In this document: piece by piece, positions 38,992 through 47,254 of the stretch | Numbering within the stretch: position 1 is the first letter of the stretch | Layout of the letters: each line of letters starts with the position of its first letter | Assembly (NCBI GenBank): GCA_037190965.1 | Contig: JBBCKI010000029.1 | Coordinates: 131,784-195,783, forward strand | From: Chthoniobacteraceae bacterium | GTDB lineage: Bacteria; Verrucomicrobiota; Verrucomicrobiia; Chthoniobacterales; Chthoniobacteraceae | Length of the DNA: 64,000 nt | Reading direction: 5' to 3' | Program-made: the position numbers and the translations under genes | The notes under the pieces: model-generated | Seen by the model: only the letters and a program-made list of their open reading frames with translations | The model's database searches: none | What the model was told of the DNA's origin: nothing

Positions 38992-40932
38992 ATGTTGCGT
39001 CTTCCCGCCTTTTTTTCGGAGCACATGGTTTTTCAGCGGGACGCCCCTATTCCCGTCTTTGGTTGGGCGTCGCCGGGCGAGATCGTGCAGGTTTCTTTCC
39101 GCGGTCGAACACGCGAGGCCCAGGCGGGCCGGAACGGACAATGGCGGGTGGCCTTTCCGGCCGCGCGAGCCGGCCTCGCGGGTGAACTGCGGGTGAAGGG
39201 GGTCACGGGAGAACTGGTTTTCGCGGATATCCTGCTTGGCGATGTCTGGTTTTGCTCCGGGCAGTCAAACATGGAATGGACCGTTCAGCAGTCGGCCAAT
39301 GCCGCCAAGGAGATCGACCAGGCCGACTACCGGGCCATTCGCCATCTTAAAGTCTGCAAGGCATCCCGGTCCGACCTGGCCGATGATATCGTCGCGGAGG
39401 GTTGGAAGGTTTGCACCCCAGAGCACGTGCGGGAATTCACTGCCGTCGGCTACTATTGTGCGCGCGAGATCCATCGGAAGACTGGGGTTCCCATCGGGCT
39501 GATCAATAGTACATGGGGCGGCTCCCCCATCGAGCCTTGGATGCCGCCTGGCTCCATCGATTCGATGAGAAAACTTTCTGCCGTGCGCGAGGCCTGGCGG
39601 AAGTGGAAGAAACCTGGCGCGGCCTTCAAGCGGCGGTTTGAGAAGGCGGGCCAAGCCTGGTTTGCCGCGAATATCCTCAAAGATCCGGGAAACCAGGGGG
39701 AAGGCAAAGGCTGGGCTCGGCCGGATTTCGACGATGCTGCCTGGAAGGAGATGGTCGTTCCTGGCAGTTGGGAAAGCCGGGGCCTGAACTACGACGGTTG
39801 TCTGTGGTTCCGGCGCCAGATCACAATTCCCCGGGCGTGGAAGAATCGACCCCTGTGCCTGGAATTGGGCCCCGTGGACGATTACGACATCACCTACTTC
39901 AATGGGGTGAAGGTCGGCGGCCTGGGTAGCGAGACCCCTAATTCCTTCGCCATCCCCCGAGAATACACGATCCCGGCGGAGTTGGTGAAACCGGGGCCCG
40001 CTACTTTGGCGGTGCGCGTTTTTGACATCTACAATCTCGGTGGGTTCACGGGTCTGGAATCGCAGATGCGCCTTTTCTGTCCTTCGCGTGGCGGGAGCGC
40101 CATCCCTCTCTCCGGTCCATGGCGTTACGAAATCGAATGGGTGGTCGATCGCGATCTGTATCCCTATACGGCGCGGCCGGTCGGTTGGCCGCCGCAGCCT
40201 GGATCTTTCTATCACGGCATGGTTCACGCCTTCACCTCCCTGCCGGTGAAGGGCATCCTTTGGTACCAGGGCGAAAGCAATACGCGCCGCGCGGAAGAAT
40301 ACGGGCTGTTTTTTCCTGCGCTGGTTCGGGCTTGGCGTAAGGCTTGGAAGAACGACCGGCTTCCATTCTATTTTGTACAGCTCGCGAACTGCCTTTCAAC
40401 CGTCGCGGAGCCGTCCGGATCCGAGTGGGCGGAATTGCGCGAGGCGCAGAATCGGGCGCTTAAACTGCCACACACCGGCGTGGCCCTGGCGATCGATATC
40501 GGCGACGCAAACGATATCCATCCCACGAACAAGCAGGAGGTGGGCCGCCGGTTGGCTCTGCTCGCCATCAATCGCGTCTATCGACGGAAAACGGTCGATT
40601 CCGGTCCATTTTACACGAGGCACGAAATCAAAGATGAGGGGATTCGCATCTTCTTCGACGGAGTGGGAAATGGGCTGTGCCCGCGAGGCAAAAAGTTGAC
40701 CGGCTTCGCGGTGGCCGGGCGGGATCGAAAGTTCGTCTGGGCCGAGGCTCGGATTGTTTCCAAGGAGAGTGTGTTGGTCCGCTCCGCACAGGTGCCCAAG
40801 CCAGTGGCAGTGCGTTATGCGTGGGCTGACAATCCCTCGGGGAATCTTAGGAATAGCGCCCGGTTGCCAGCCTCGCCCTTCCGCACGGATAAGTGGCCCG
40901 GCATGACGACCGGGCGCACCTGGCCCCACTGA
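38992..40932 (+). CDS. Sialate O-acetylesterase (SASA/SGNH), second paralogue, no signal peptide
   Basis: FSEHMVFQR, GDVWFCSGQSNM, WGGS, WYQGESN, DIHP, PVAVRYAWADNP. Confidence 0.93.
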   Translation: MLRLPAFFSEHMVFQRDAPIPVFGWASPGEIVQVSFRGRTREAQAGRNGQWRVAFPAARAGLAGELRVKGVTGELVFADILLGDVWFCSGQSNMEWTVQQSANAAKEIDQADYRAIRHLKVCKASRSDLADDIVAEGWKVCTPEHVREFTAVGYYCAREIHRKTGVPIGLINSTWGGSPIEPWMPPGSIDSMRKLSAVREAWRKWKKPGAAFKRRFEKAGQAWFAANILKDPGNQGEGKGWARPDFDDAAWKEMVVPGSWESRGLNYDGCLWFRRQITIPRAWKNRPLCLELGPVDDYDITYFNGVKVGGLGSETPNSFAIPREYTIPAELVKPGPATLAVRVFDIYNLGGFTGLESQMRLFCPSRGGSAIPLSGPWRYEIEWVVDRDLYPYTARPVGWPPQPGSFYHGMVHAFTSLPVKGILWYQGESNTRRAEEYGLFFPALVRAWRKAWKNDRLPFYFVQLANCLSTVAEPSGSEWAELREAQNRALKLPHTGVALAIDIGDANDIHPTNKQEVGRRLALLAINRVYRRKTVDSGPFYTRHEIKDEGIRIFFDGVGNGLCPRGKKLTGFAVAGRDRKFVWAEARIVSKESVLVRSAQVPKPVAVRYAWADNPSGNLRNSARLPASPFRTDKWPGMTTGRTWPH

Positions 40933-40933
40933 T

Positions 40934-42034
40934 TCAGGGCGCGGCCACTTCGCAAAAGCCCACGATGCGTGCACAGGATGAAGTCGGCGGGAGGCGAAAC
41001 TCCAGTTCGGGAAGCATTGAGGGGAGGCCGCTGGTGGCGAAGAAGGTGCGATAGAGTCGATGATCCGGCTCTTCGCGCAGCGTAAAATGCCCCGCTCCCT
41101 GTTGACTCAAACACGTCCACGGTCCTCCGGGAACGCGTACCTCAAGAACGGCCGGGGGATCGCATTTCCGCATGAAAAGTCCGACTACGCATCTGCCGTC
41201 TGGCGGGCGATAGCGTCCCCAAGCCTCCGGCTGAGTCGATTCCCACCAGGTGATCCGTTCGTGTTGGACCTTGGTAAAACCATGCAGTGAGGCGCGTTCA
41301 GCAGGCACGCACTCGGGTTGCATCCAGGGCGCGGGATGGAGTGTGACTCCCGGCAATCCATGGGCGGGCGCAAAGCCGTGGGCATTCTGAAACTGCTGCC
41401 ATTCTGCCGCCACCGCGTCGATGAGAAGCTCGCCGAGAAGAATATAGCCTTTGGCCGAGGGGTGAATGTTGTCCTTCATGTAGGTCTCCCACGGCGTGCC
41501 GGAAAGGACGTGGCGGGCGAGTTCAGCGCCGGCATCAACCGCCAGCGCGTTGTAGTGCCGGGCCACGCGATGGAGGAAATCAGCGGAAGGCGGAACGAGG
41601 CCGGCGCGGTAGTCGTCGAGCATGGTTTTATACAGGCCCATCATGAGAATGAGGTCGGCGTTCGGACGTTGCCGACGAAGCTCGCGAACATAGCCTTCCG
41701 TGGCCGGTTCGGTCACGGCGAGGCCCGGGCGGCCCCATGCGCCGTTGGCCGCGCCGAATTCCGCGAGGACGAGATCGGGCTCTTCGGCCAGCAGCCGACT
41801 TTGCTGGTAGAAGAGCTGCGTCTCCGGGCCGACCGCATAGATGATGCGGGGCACGACCTCGATGATGTTTTCCGGGAAGGTGCGCCGAAACCAGGACTCC
41901 AACGCGCTATAGAAACTGCCGAGCAGCTCTTCCTGGGCCGGAGCACCGGCAGACACAGAGTTGCCGATCACCACCAGACGAAGGCGCTCGCCGGCGCACA
42001 GGCGGGTGAAGGAATGATGCAGGAGTGACTTCAT
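40934..42034 (-). CDS. SGNH/GDSL hydrolase family protein
   Basis: IGNSVS block I, EFGAAN block III, DNIHPS block V. Confidence 0.85.
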   Translation of the reverse strand: MKSLLHHSFTRLCAGERLRLVVIGNSVSAGAPAQEELLGSFYSALESWFRRTFPENIIEVVPRIIYAVGPETQLFYQQSRLLAEEPDLVLAEFGAANGAWGRPGLAVTEPATEGYVRELRRQRPNADLILMMGLYKTMLDDYRAGLVPPSADFLHRVARHYNALAVDAGAELARHVLSGTPWETYMKDNIHPSAKGYILLGELLIDAVAAEWQQFQNAHGFAPAHGLPGVTLHPAPWMQPECVPAERASLHGFTKVQHERITWWESTQPEAWGRYRPPDGRCVVGLFMRKCDPPAVLEVRVPGGPWTCLSQQGAGHFTLREEPDHRLYRTFFATSGLPSMLPELEFRLPPTSSCARIVGFCEVAAP

Positions 42035-42046
42035 CAAAATCGAAAA

Positions 42047-42088
42047 ACTTGATGATATTAAAATCTATCTTGTATTTTGATATCAAGT
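42047..42088. promoter_or_regulatory. Two candidate operator sites GATATTAAAATC (42054-42065) and TATTTTGATATC (42073-42084)
   Basis: Both resemble the 38977 palindrome; bracketed by ACTTGAT...ATCAAGT; AT-rich divergent intergenic region. Confidence 0.6.
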
Positions 42089-42179
42089 CCTATTTGCTGG
42101 TCAGCGTGTTCGAGAAATCCCCCCGACCATCCCTTGTCTCCCTGCCGGGAATAGCCGCGTCCATCCGCCCCTGTTTTGC

Positions 42180-44324
42180 ATGAATAGGAGAAGGGACAAA
42201 CCGCAGAGCATGGGACTTTGGCTGAACGAGCCGTTCTTCGATCAGCCGGACAGGGTCAATGCGGCCGTGCAGGATCTAGCCTCGGCAGGTTATGGAATCA
42301 TCCGCGTGATCTTGCGAAACACTAACTTTTGCCATCGTTCGAGGGAGACAATTCGTGCGGTGGATGGAGTTGTGAGGGCCGCGCACGCGCTCGGCGTCAA
42401 GGTGGTGCTCGACTGCGAGCCGCACGCCGAACCGGTCGCCAGGGATCTGGGCGGCCTCTATCCCAACGCCATGGGCTGGCGTGTCGTGCGAGCGGAAGGC
42501 GTCGTGGTGGATGAACGGTGCCTCCTTCACGTGCCCGCGCCATGCACGTCGGGTCCCATGCCGGAGTTTCTCGGCATTGAGGCGGCGTTCCTGGCGAGGA
42601 AAAGCGCCTATGAGAAAGTTTCTCCGGATTATTTCCAGGTCCGCGTGAATCGGGAGTTTTACCAGGATGGCTTCACCACGAACTCCCTGGTCTACACTGA
42701 AGGCCGCATGGGCGCGCAGCGATCCCATGTGCATTTGACCGGACAAGTGCCGGGGGTCTCGCAGGGGCGGGTGGTGGCCTATCTGCGTTTCTCGGATCGG
42801 CGCCTGATTGATTTTTGGTCGAGCGACACTTGGCGTTATTTCGATGAGCTCCTCGAAGGCTATCGCGGTATTCCGCTCGACGGAGTTGGATGGGATGAGC
42901 CGGCCACGGGAGGCGATTGGGACGGTTATCTTTTTGGTCCCGGCTATGAAGCGGCCTTTGCCCGAATGCATGGCACGCCACTTCGTGACAGATGGTTTCT
43001 GTTGGATGAACCGGGAATCTCGGCGGAGAGCCTGCGGGTGCGGCTGGACTATTACAGGATGCTCAACGAAGGCGTTTTCGAGGCCCAGCGCCGGCTCATT
43101 TGCAAGGCTCGGTCGCTCTTTGGGGAGGATCTGCTCCTCGGCACGCATCACACCTGGCAGGGGGAGGGCGGCATCAACGACTATCGAAGCGGAGCCGTTG
43201 ACTATTTTCGTTTGAACGACCAGATGGACGCTGGCTACACCGATTGCTGGTGGTGGGATGCCAAATCCGTTTGCTATGCTTACTCACTTGGGTCTTCGCT
43301 CGGGCGGCTGACCCCGTCCGGCGAGGCAGAGGTGAATACCTGGGACAAAAAGCCGACCAATGCGCGCACGGAATATCAGGCGAGGCTGATGACTCTCTTG
43401 AATATTACCTGGTTTAATATCTGGTACGGCGAGGCATCGGATTGCTGCCAGTACCCTGCCGACTACACCTGGCCAGCGGCAGTTTGCGAGATGCGCCTTC
43501 ACCGCGACCGCCAACTCCGCCTCGGAGCAGCGAAGCCGGTGGTAGACGTGGCGATTCTGCACGGCTGGGAAACCGTCTGCGGTCTCAACCGCGCGGACTA
43601 CGCCGCGGCCCACAAGACTTTTTGCCTCAATACGGCGGAGCTTTTCGTGGAGCGCAACGTGGCTTTCGACTGGGTGGACTCTCGGCTCCTGGCGAGTTCG
43701 CGGACCGAGGCGGGCCGCCTGATTAACGATCTGGGCAGTTATGCCATCCTTATCCTGCCTTACGCCGCAGTGCTGCCCCGCGCGGCTTGGGAAAAATGCC
43801 GACAGTTTATCCAAGCGGGCGGACAGGCGATTTTCACGGGTCCCCCTCCAGCGTGGACCGTGGAGGGCGAGGCGATCGATGCTGAATTCGCGGAATTGAT
43901 GGATCTGCCGGTGCTGCCGCTGGCGCGGTACCTGGCCCGGGTGGATGCAACATGCACCTTGCCGCAATATCGTCCCACGCGGCTGGATGTCGGTTGCGAG
44001 CTCGAGGTCGATGCTGACCGCCTGTTGCTGTCGGCGGAGGGCGGGCGGCATGGGATGCATAATGCCGCTCGAAATGCCATCTATCTAAGCGACCTGGATC
44101 CGCGTGGCCAGCTGCTGGATCTCATCGAACCCTGGCTGGAATCGTCGATCACATGTTGGTCGGATACGATCTTATGGCGGCGCTATCGCGAAGGGAACCG
44201 CGAGGTGCTCGTGTGCGTGGCCCGCGAAGGCCGGCGCCTGCAGGGCTTGATTCGCTGGAGCGGCGAAGAGATTGTGTTCGATACCGGCACGGTCTGCCTC
44301 CTGGAACGGATTAGAGCAGTTTAA
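42180..44324 (+). CDS. Hypothetical glycoside hydrolase-like protein with class I GATase-like (trimerisation-type) domain; 3' end altered by a palindromic element
   Basis: LDGVGWDEP, VDVAIL, YAILILPYA...FIQAGG; the last codons and the TAA come from the inserted repeat. Confidence 0.6.
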   Translation: MNRRRDKPQSMGLWLNEPFFDQPDRVNAAVQDLASAGYGIIRVILRNTNFCHRSRETIRAVDGVVRAAHALGVKVVLDCEPHAEPVARDLGGLYPNAMGWRVVRAEGVVVDERCLLHVPAPCTSGPMPEFLGIEAAFLARKSAYEKVSPDYFQVRVNREFYQDGFTTNSLVYTEGRMGAQRSHVHLTGQVPGVSQGRVVAYLRFSDRRLIDFWSSDTWRYFDELLEGYRGIPLDGVGWDEPATGGDWDGYLFGPGYEAAFARMHGTPLRDRWFLLDEPGISAESLRVRLDYYRMLNEGVFEAQRRLICKARSLFGEDLLLGTHHTWQGEGGINDYRSGAVDYFRLNDQMDAGYTDCWWWDAKSVCYAYSLGSSLGRLTPSGEAEVNTWDKKPTNARTEYQARLMTLLNITWFNIWYGEASDCCQYPADYTWPAAVCEMRLHRDRQLRLGAAKPVVDVAILHGWETVCGLNRADYAAAHKTFCLNTAELFVERNVAFDWVDSRLLASSRTEAGRLINDLGSYAILILPYAAVLPRAAWEKCRQFIQAGGQAIFTGPPPAWTVEGEAIDAEFAELMDLPVLPLARYLARVDATCTLPQYRPTRLDVGCELEVDADRLLLSAEGGRHGMHNAARNAIYLSDLDPRGQLLDLIEPWLESSITCWSDTILWRRYREGNREVLVCVAREGRRLQGLIRWSGEEIVFDTGTVCLLERIRAV

Positions 44325-44481
44325 ATTATAATGCACACAGCTTATTTTGCGAGCGCCGGGGGCTACTGCGACGGTTTTCGAGCACAGCGGCTGTATTTTC
44401 AATACAGCCCAAGCTCGAAAGGCGTCGCAGTGGCCCTCGCCACCGCAAAGAAGCATGTGCAGGATAAGTTAATCTGCTCCA
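44312..44481. repeat. Palindromic element family A, copy 1 (170 bp, MITE/RPE-like)
   Basis: Ends TAGAGCAGTTTAA / TTAATCTGCTCCA; nested stems TGCACA/TGTGCA, TTTGCG/CGCAAA, CTGCGACG/CGTCGCAG, TTTCGAGC/GCTCGAAA, GGCTGTATT-ttc-AATACAGCC; homologous to 49598-49763. Confidence 0.85.
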
Positions 44482-44580
44482 ACGGCAAACTGATCGAAAA
44501 GCCCGCTCTCCTCGCGGATGACTCTTGCCGCTTGAGCGGGCCAACCGGTCAGTCTCATTTTCATCCCCCTGAGCCCTCGC

Positions 44581-47250
44581 ATGCCTCGCTATAAATTCCC
44601 GTTCCTGGCCTTGATGACGTTAACCGTATTCGCGTTAACCCTATGTCGGCTCTTGGGCCAGCCGTTCGCGTCGGCGGAAAACGCGCCCGAGCCGACTCGC
44701 GTCCAAGTGGTTTCAGGGTTCTTCAATCCGAATTCTCCGGACCAGTTTCGCAATCTCATTGCGCTGATGCGCGACGATCCGTCGCTGAAGATCGAGATGT
44801 GGAGCGGGCTCTCGCTGCCGGGAGGCAGTTCACGCACGCCGATCATCATGTCCATCGCGGGAGAGACCTCGCCGGATTTGATGGAATCCTGGTTTCACAC
44901 CATTCGAAACGATATCGCGCAGGGGTTCTTGTATCCGCTCAATGAATGGATCGGCGACGACACGGACGGCGATGGCCAGATCAGCGACGCGGAAGCCAAG
45001 TGGCCGGGCTGGAAGAGTGTGCCGGAATTGTGGAAGCGCGTGGCCACGGTGGATGGCAAAGTCTACGGGCTACCGCAGCCGGGCGAAAACATGATGGGCG
45101 TGCTCTACCGCATCGATCTGGTGCGGGCGGCAGGCCTGGATCCGAATGAGCCACCGCGCACGTGGGAGGAATTTTACGACTGGTGCATGAGGCTGACCAA
45201 TCCTGGCCGGCCAGTGCCGGGCCGCGCCTACAATGATGGCCAGCGGGCCATCGCGCTCCTGCCTTACGGATTCACCTGGCTGCCGTGGCTGGAGACCGCG
45301 GGAGGCACGCCCTTGAAGCAAGTCGCCGTCGATTCGCAAAGCGGGAAGTCTTACGAGTTCTCCATGAACGAGACGCGGCTGCTCACCGAAGATGGACGCG
45401 ATCTTTCCCGGGAGAAGGTGGCTTTTCGGGCTGATTTCGACTCGCCTGCCGGCCTTGCTGCCGCCGGTTTGCTGCATCGGCTCCGCTGGGCGCCGTGGGT
45501 CATCGATCCGGAAACCGGAGATCCTTTTTCGCTCACGGAGGAGCAAGCGCGCGCGGGAGTGGTGGAGGCGGGAGGACGGCGCATCGTCTTCGATCCGGCC
45601 TCGGTGCAGGCAGGAGTCGGCCGGGCCCAGGGCGGCGCTCGCGAGTTATCGCCATTGCAACTGCTGGCACGAGGGGAAGTGGCGATGCTCACTTGGTTCG
45701 TCGGCAGCATTCAGAGCGGCACCGAAGCGGGCCTCAACCCGGAACTCATCGGCTGGTTCCCTTTTCCTGCCATGACGGCACAAACGCCGCGGGTGGTCCA
45801 GTTGCAGCGGCACTTCGCCACCATGGTCACGAATGTTCGCTTGCGTCCCAAGGAAGAGCGCGACCGCGTGTGGCAGGTGCTCGAGAAAGTAACGGATCGC
45901 GCCGCGCGAGACCAGGAAGTCGAGCGCTTGGTCATCTCCGGGCTGGCCCGCTTCGTCAATCCCAAGGACCTGCTTCGCTTGGGCTACCAGGACTATGTGC
46001 GGGATATTCCGCCGGAAATCTTGCAGAACTTTAACGAGATCGATGCCGGGCACATTCGCACGGAAACGGAGCCCTACCAAGGCTTCTGGCTGACCATGGA
46101 TGGCGCGCTCAATCGCGAAGTGCTCAGCCTGATCATCTCTCAGACGGGGAAGAATTTCGATTACACCTCGGCCTTGCACGAGATCACGAAGAAGGCCAAT
46201 AGCGGCGTCATGTTCGCCCGCTCCGAGGCGGATTTCGCCCAGCATCGCGGAACGGCCTTTGCCATCTTCCTTCTCATTCTCGCGGTGGTCGCAGCTCTCA
46301 CGGTGCTCATCATCCGCCAGATGATGGCGGTGCGGGCGGCCTCGCGCAGCGGGATGGTGAGCAACCCCTGGCTGCCCTGGCTGCTGCTTTTGCCGGCGCT
46401 CCTGCTCATTGGCCTGTGGGGGTACTATCCCTTGCTGCGCGGAATGGTGATGGCGTTTCAGGATTACCGCATCGCGGGCGAAAGCACCTTTGTCGGATTG
46501 GACAATTTCATCGCGCTGGCGCTCGACCGGAGCTTCTGGACCAGCCTGTTCACGACATTTTATTTTGTGTCGCTGACGATGCTGCTGGCATTCACCGCGC
46601 CGATCATTCTGGCGGTAATGGTGTCGGAAGTGCCGCGGGGAAAGGTCTTCTTCCGCACCTTGTTCTTTCTGCCCCAGGTGAGCAGCGCCCTGGTGATCGC
46701 GCTCATCTGGAAGATGATGTACGACCCTGCTCCGAGCGGATTGTTCAATCAGGTGATCCAATGGCTTAACCACTTGCCAGGCGTTCACATCGACCTGCAG
46801 TCGTGGTTGCTGGACCCGAAGCTTGCCATGCTGTGTGTCGTGCTGCCCACTGCTTGGGCCACGGCGGGCATCCAAAGCCTGATTTATTTGGCCGCATTGA
46901 AAGGCGTTCCGGATGATCTTTACGAGGCCTGTGAAATCGACAGTGGCGGAGTCTGGACCAAGCTGCGCCACATCACGCTGCCGATGCTGATGCCGCTCAT
47001 CATCATCAATTTCGTCGGAGCATTCATCGGCACTTTCCAGAACATGGGCAAGATCTTCCTGCTGACCTTCGGCGGCCCGGGAGAAACAACCATGGTCCTC
47101 GGCATGCGCATCTGGATCGAGGCCTACAGCAACCTGCGCTTCAGCATTGCTACCTCCATGGCCTGGGTGCTCGGAGCCTGCCTCATCGGGTTCACTTATC
47201 TGCAAATTCAGTTTCTCAAGAAGATAGAGTTCCGCAAAGCCAAGGACTGA
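44581..47250 (+). CDS. Fused sugar ABC transporter substrate-binding protein + MalF-type permease
   Basis: SBP-like N-terminal part (DGKVYGLP, PPRTWEEF) fused to a permease (FVGLDNF, FRTLFFLP, DLYEACEIDSGG EAA loop, HITLP). Confidence 0.9.
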   Translation: MPRYKFPFLALMTLTVFALTLCRLLGQPFASAENAPEPTRVQVVSGFFNPNSPDQFRNLIALMRDDPSLKIEMWSGLSLPGGSSRTPIIMSIAGETSPDLMESWFHTIRNDIAQGFLYPLNEWIGDDTDGDGQISDAEAKWPGWKSVPELWKRVATVDGKVYGLPQPGENMMGVLYRIDLVRAAGLDPNEPPRTWEEFYDWCMRLTNPGRPVPGRAYNDGQRAIALLPYGFTWLPWLETAGGTPLKQVAVDSQSGKSYEFSMNETRLLTEDGRDLSREKVAFRADFDSPAGLAAAGLLHRLRWAPWVIDPETGDPFSLTEEQARAGVVEAGGRRIVFDPASVQAGVGRAQGGARELSPLQLLARGEVAMLTWFVGSIQSGTEAGLNPELIGWFPFPAMTAQTPRVVQLQRHFATMVTNVRLRPKEERDRVWQVLEKVTDRAARDQEVERLVISGLARFVNPKDLLRLGYQDYVRDIPPEILQNFNEIDAGHIRTETEPYQGFWLTMDGALNREVLSLIISQTGKNFDYTSALHEITKKANSGVMFARSEADFAQHRGTAFAIFLLILAVVAALTVLIIRQMMAVRAASRSGMVSNPWLPWLLLLPALLLIGLWGYYPLLRGMVMAFQDYRIAGESTFVGLDNFIALALDRSFWTSLFTTFYFVSLTMLLAFTAPIILAVMVSEVPRGKVFFRTLFFLPQVSSALVIALIWKMMYDPAPSGLFNQVIQWLNHLPGVHIDLQSWLLDPKLAMLCVVLPTAWATAGIQSLIYLAALKGVPDDLYEACEIDSGGVWTKLRHITLPMLMPLIIINFVGAFIGTFQNMGKIFLLTFGGPGETTMVLGMRIWIEAYSNLRFSIATSMAWVLGACLIGFTYLQIQFLKKIEFRKAKD

Positions 47251-47254
47251 CCCC

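Noticed and set aside
44331..44594. 87-aa ORF between the GH-like and ABC genes
   Set aside because: Made of palindromic element sequence plus the orphaned tail of the upstream gene; not an independent gene
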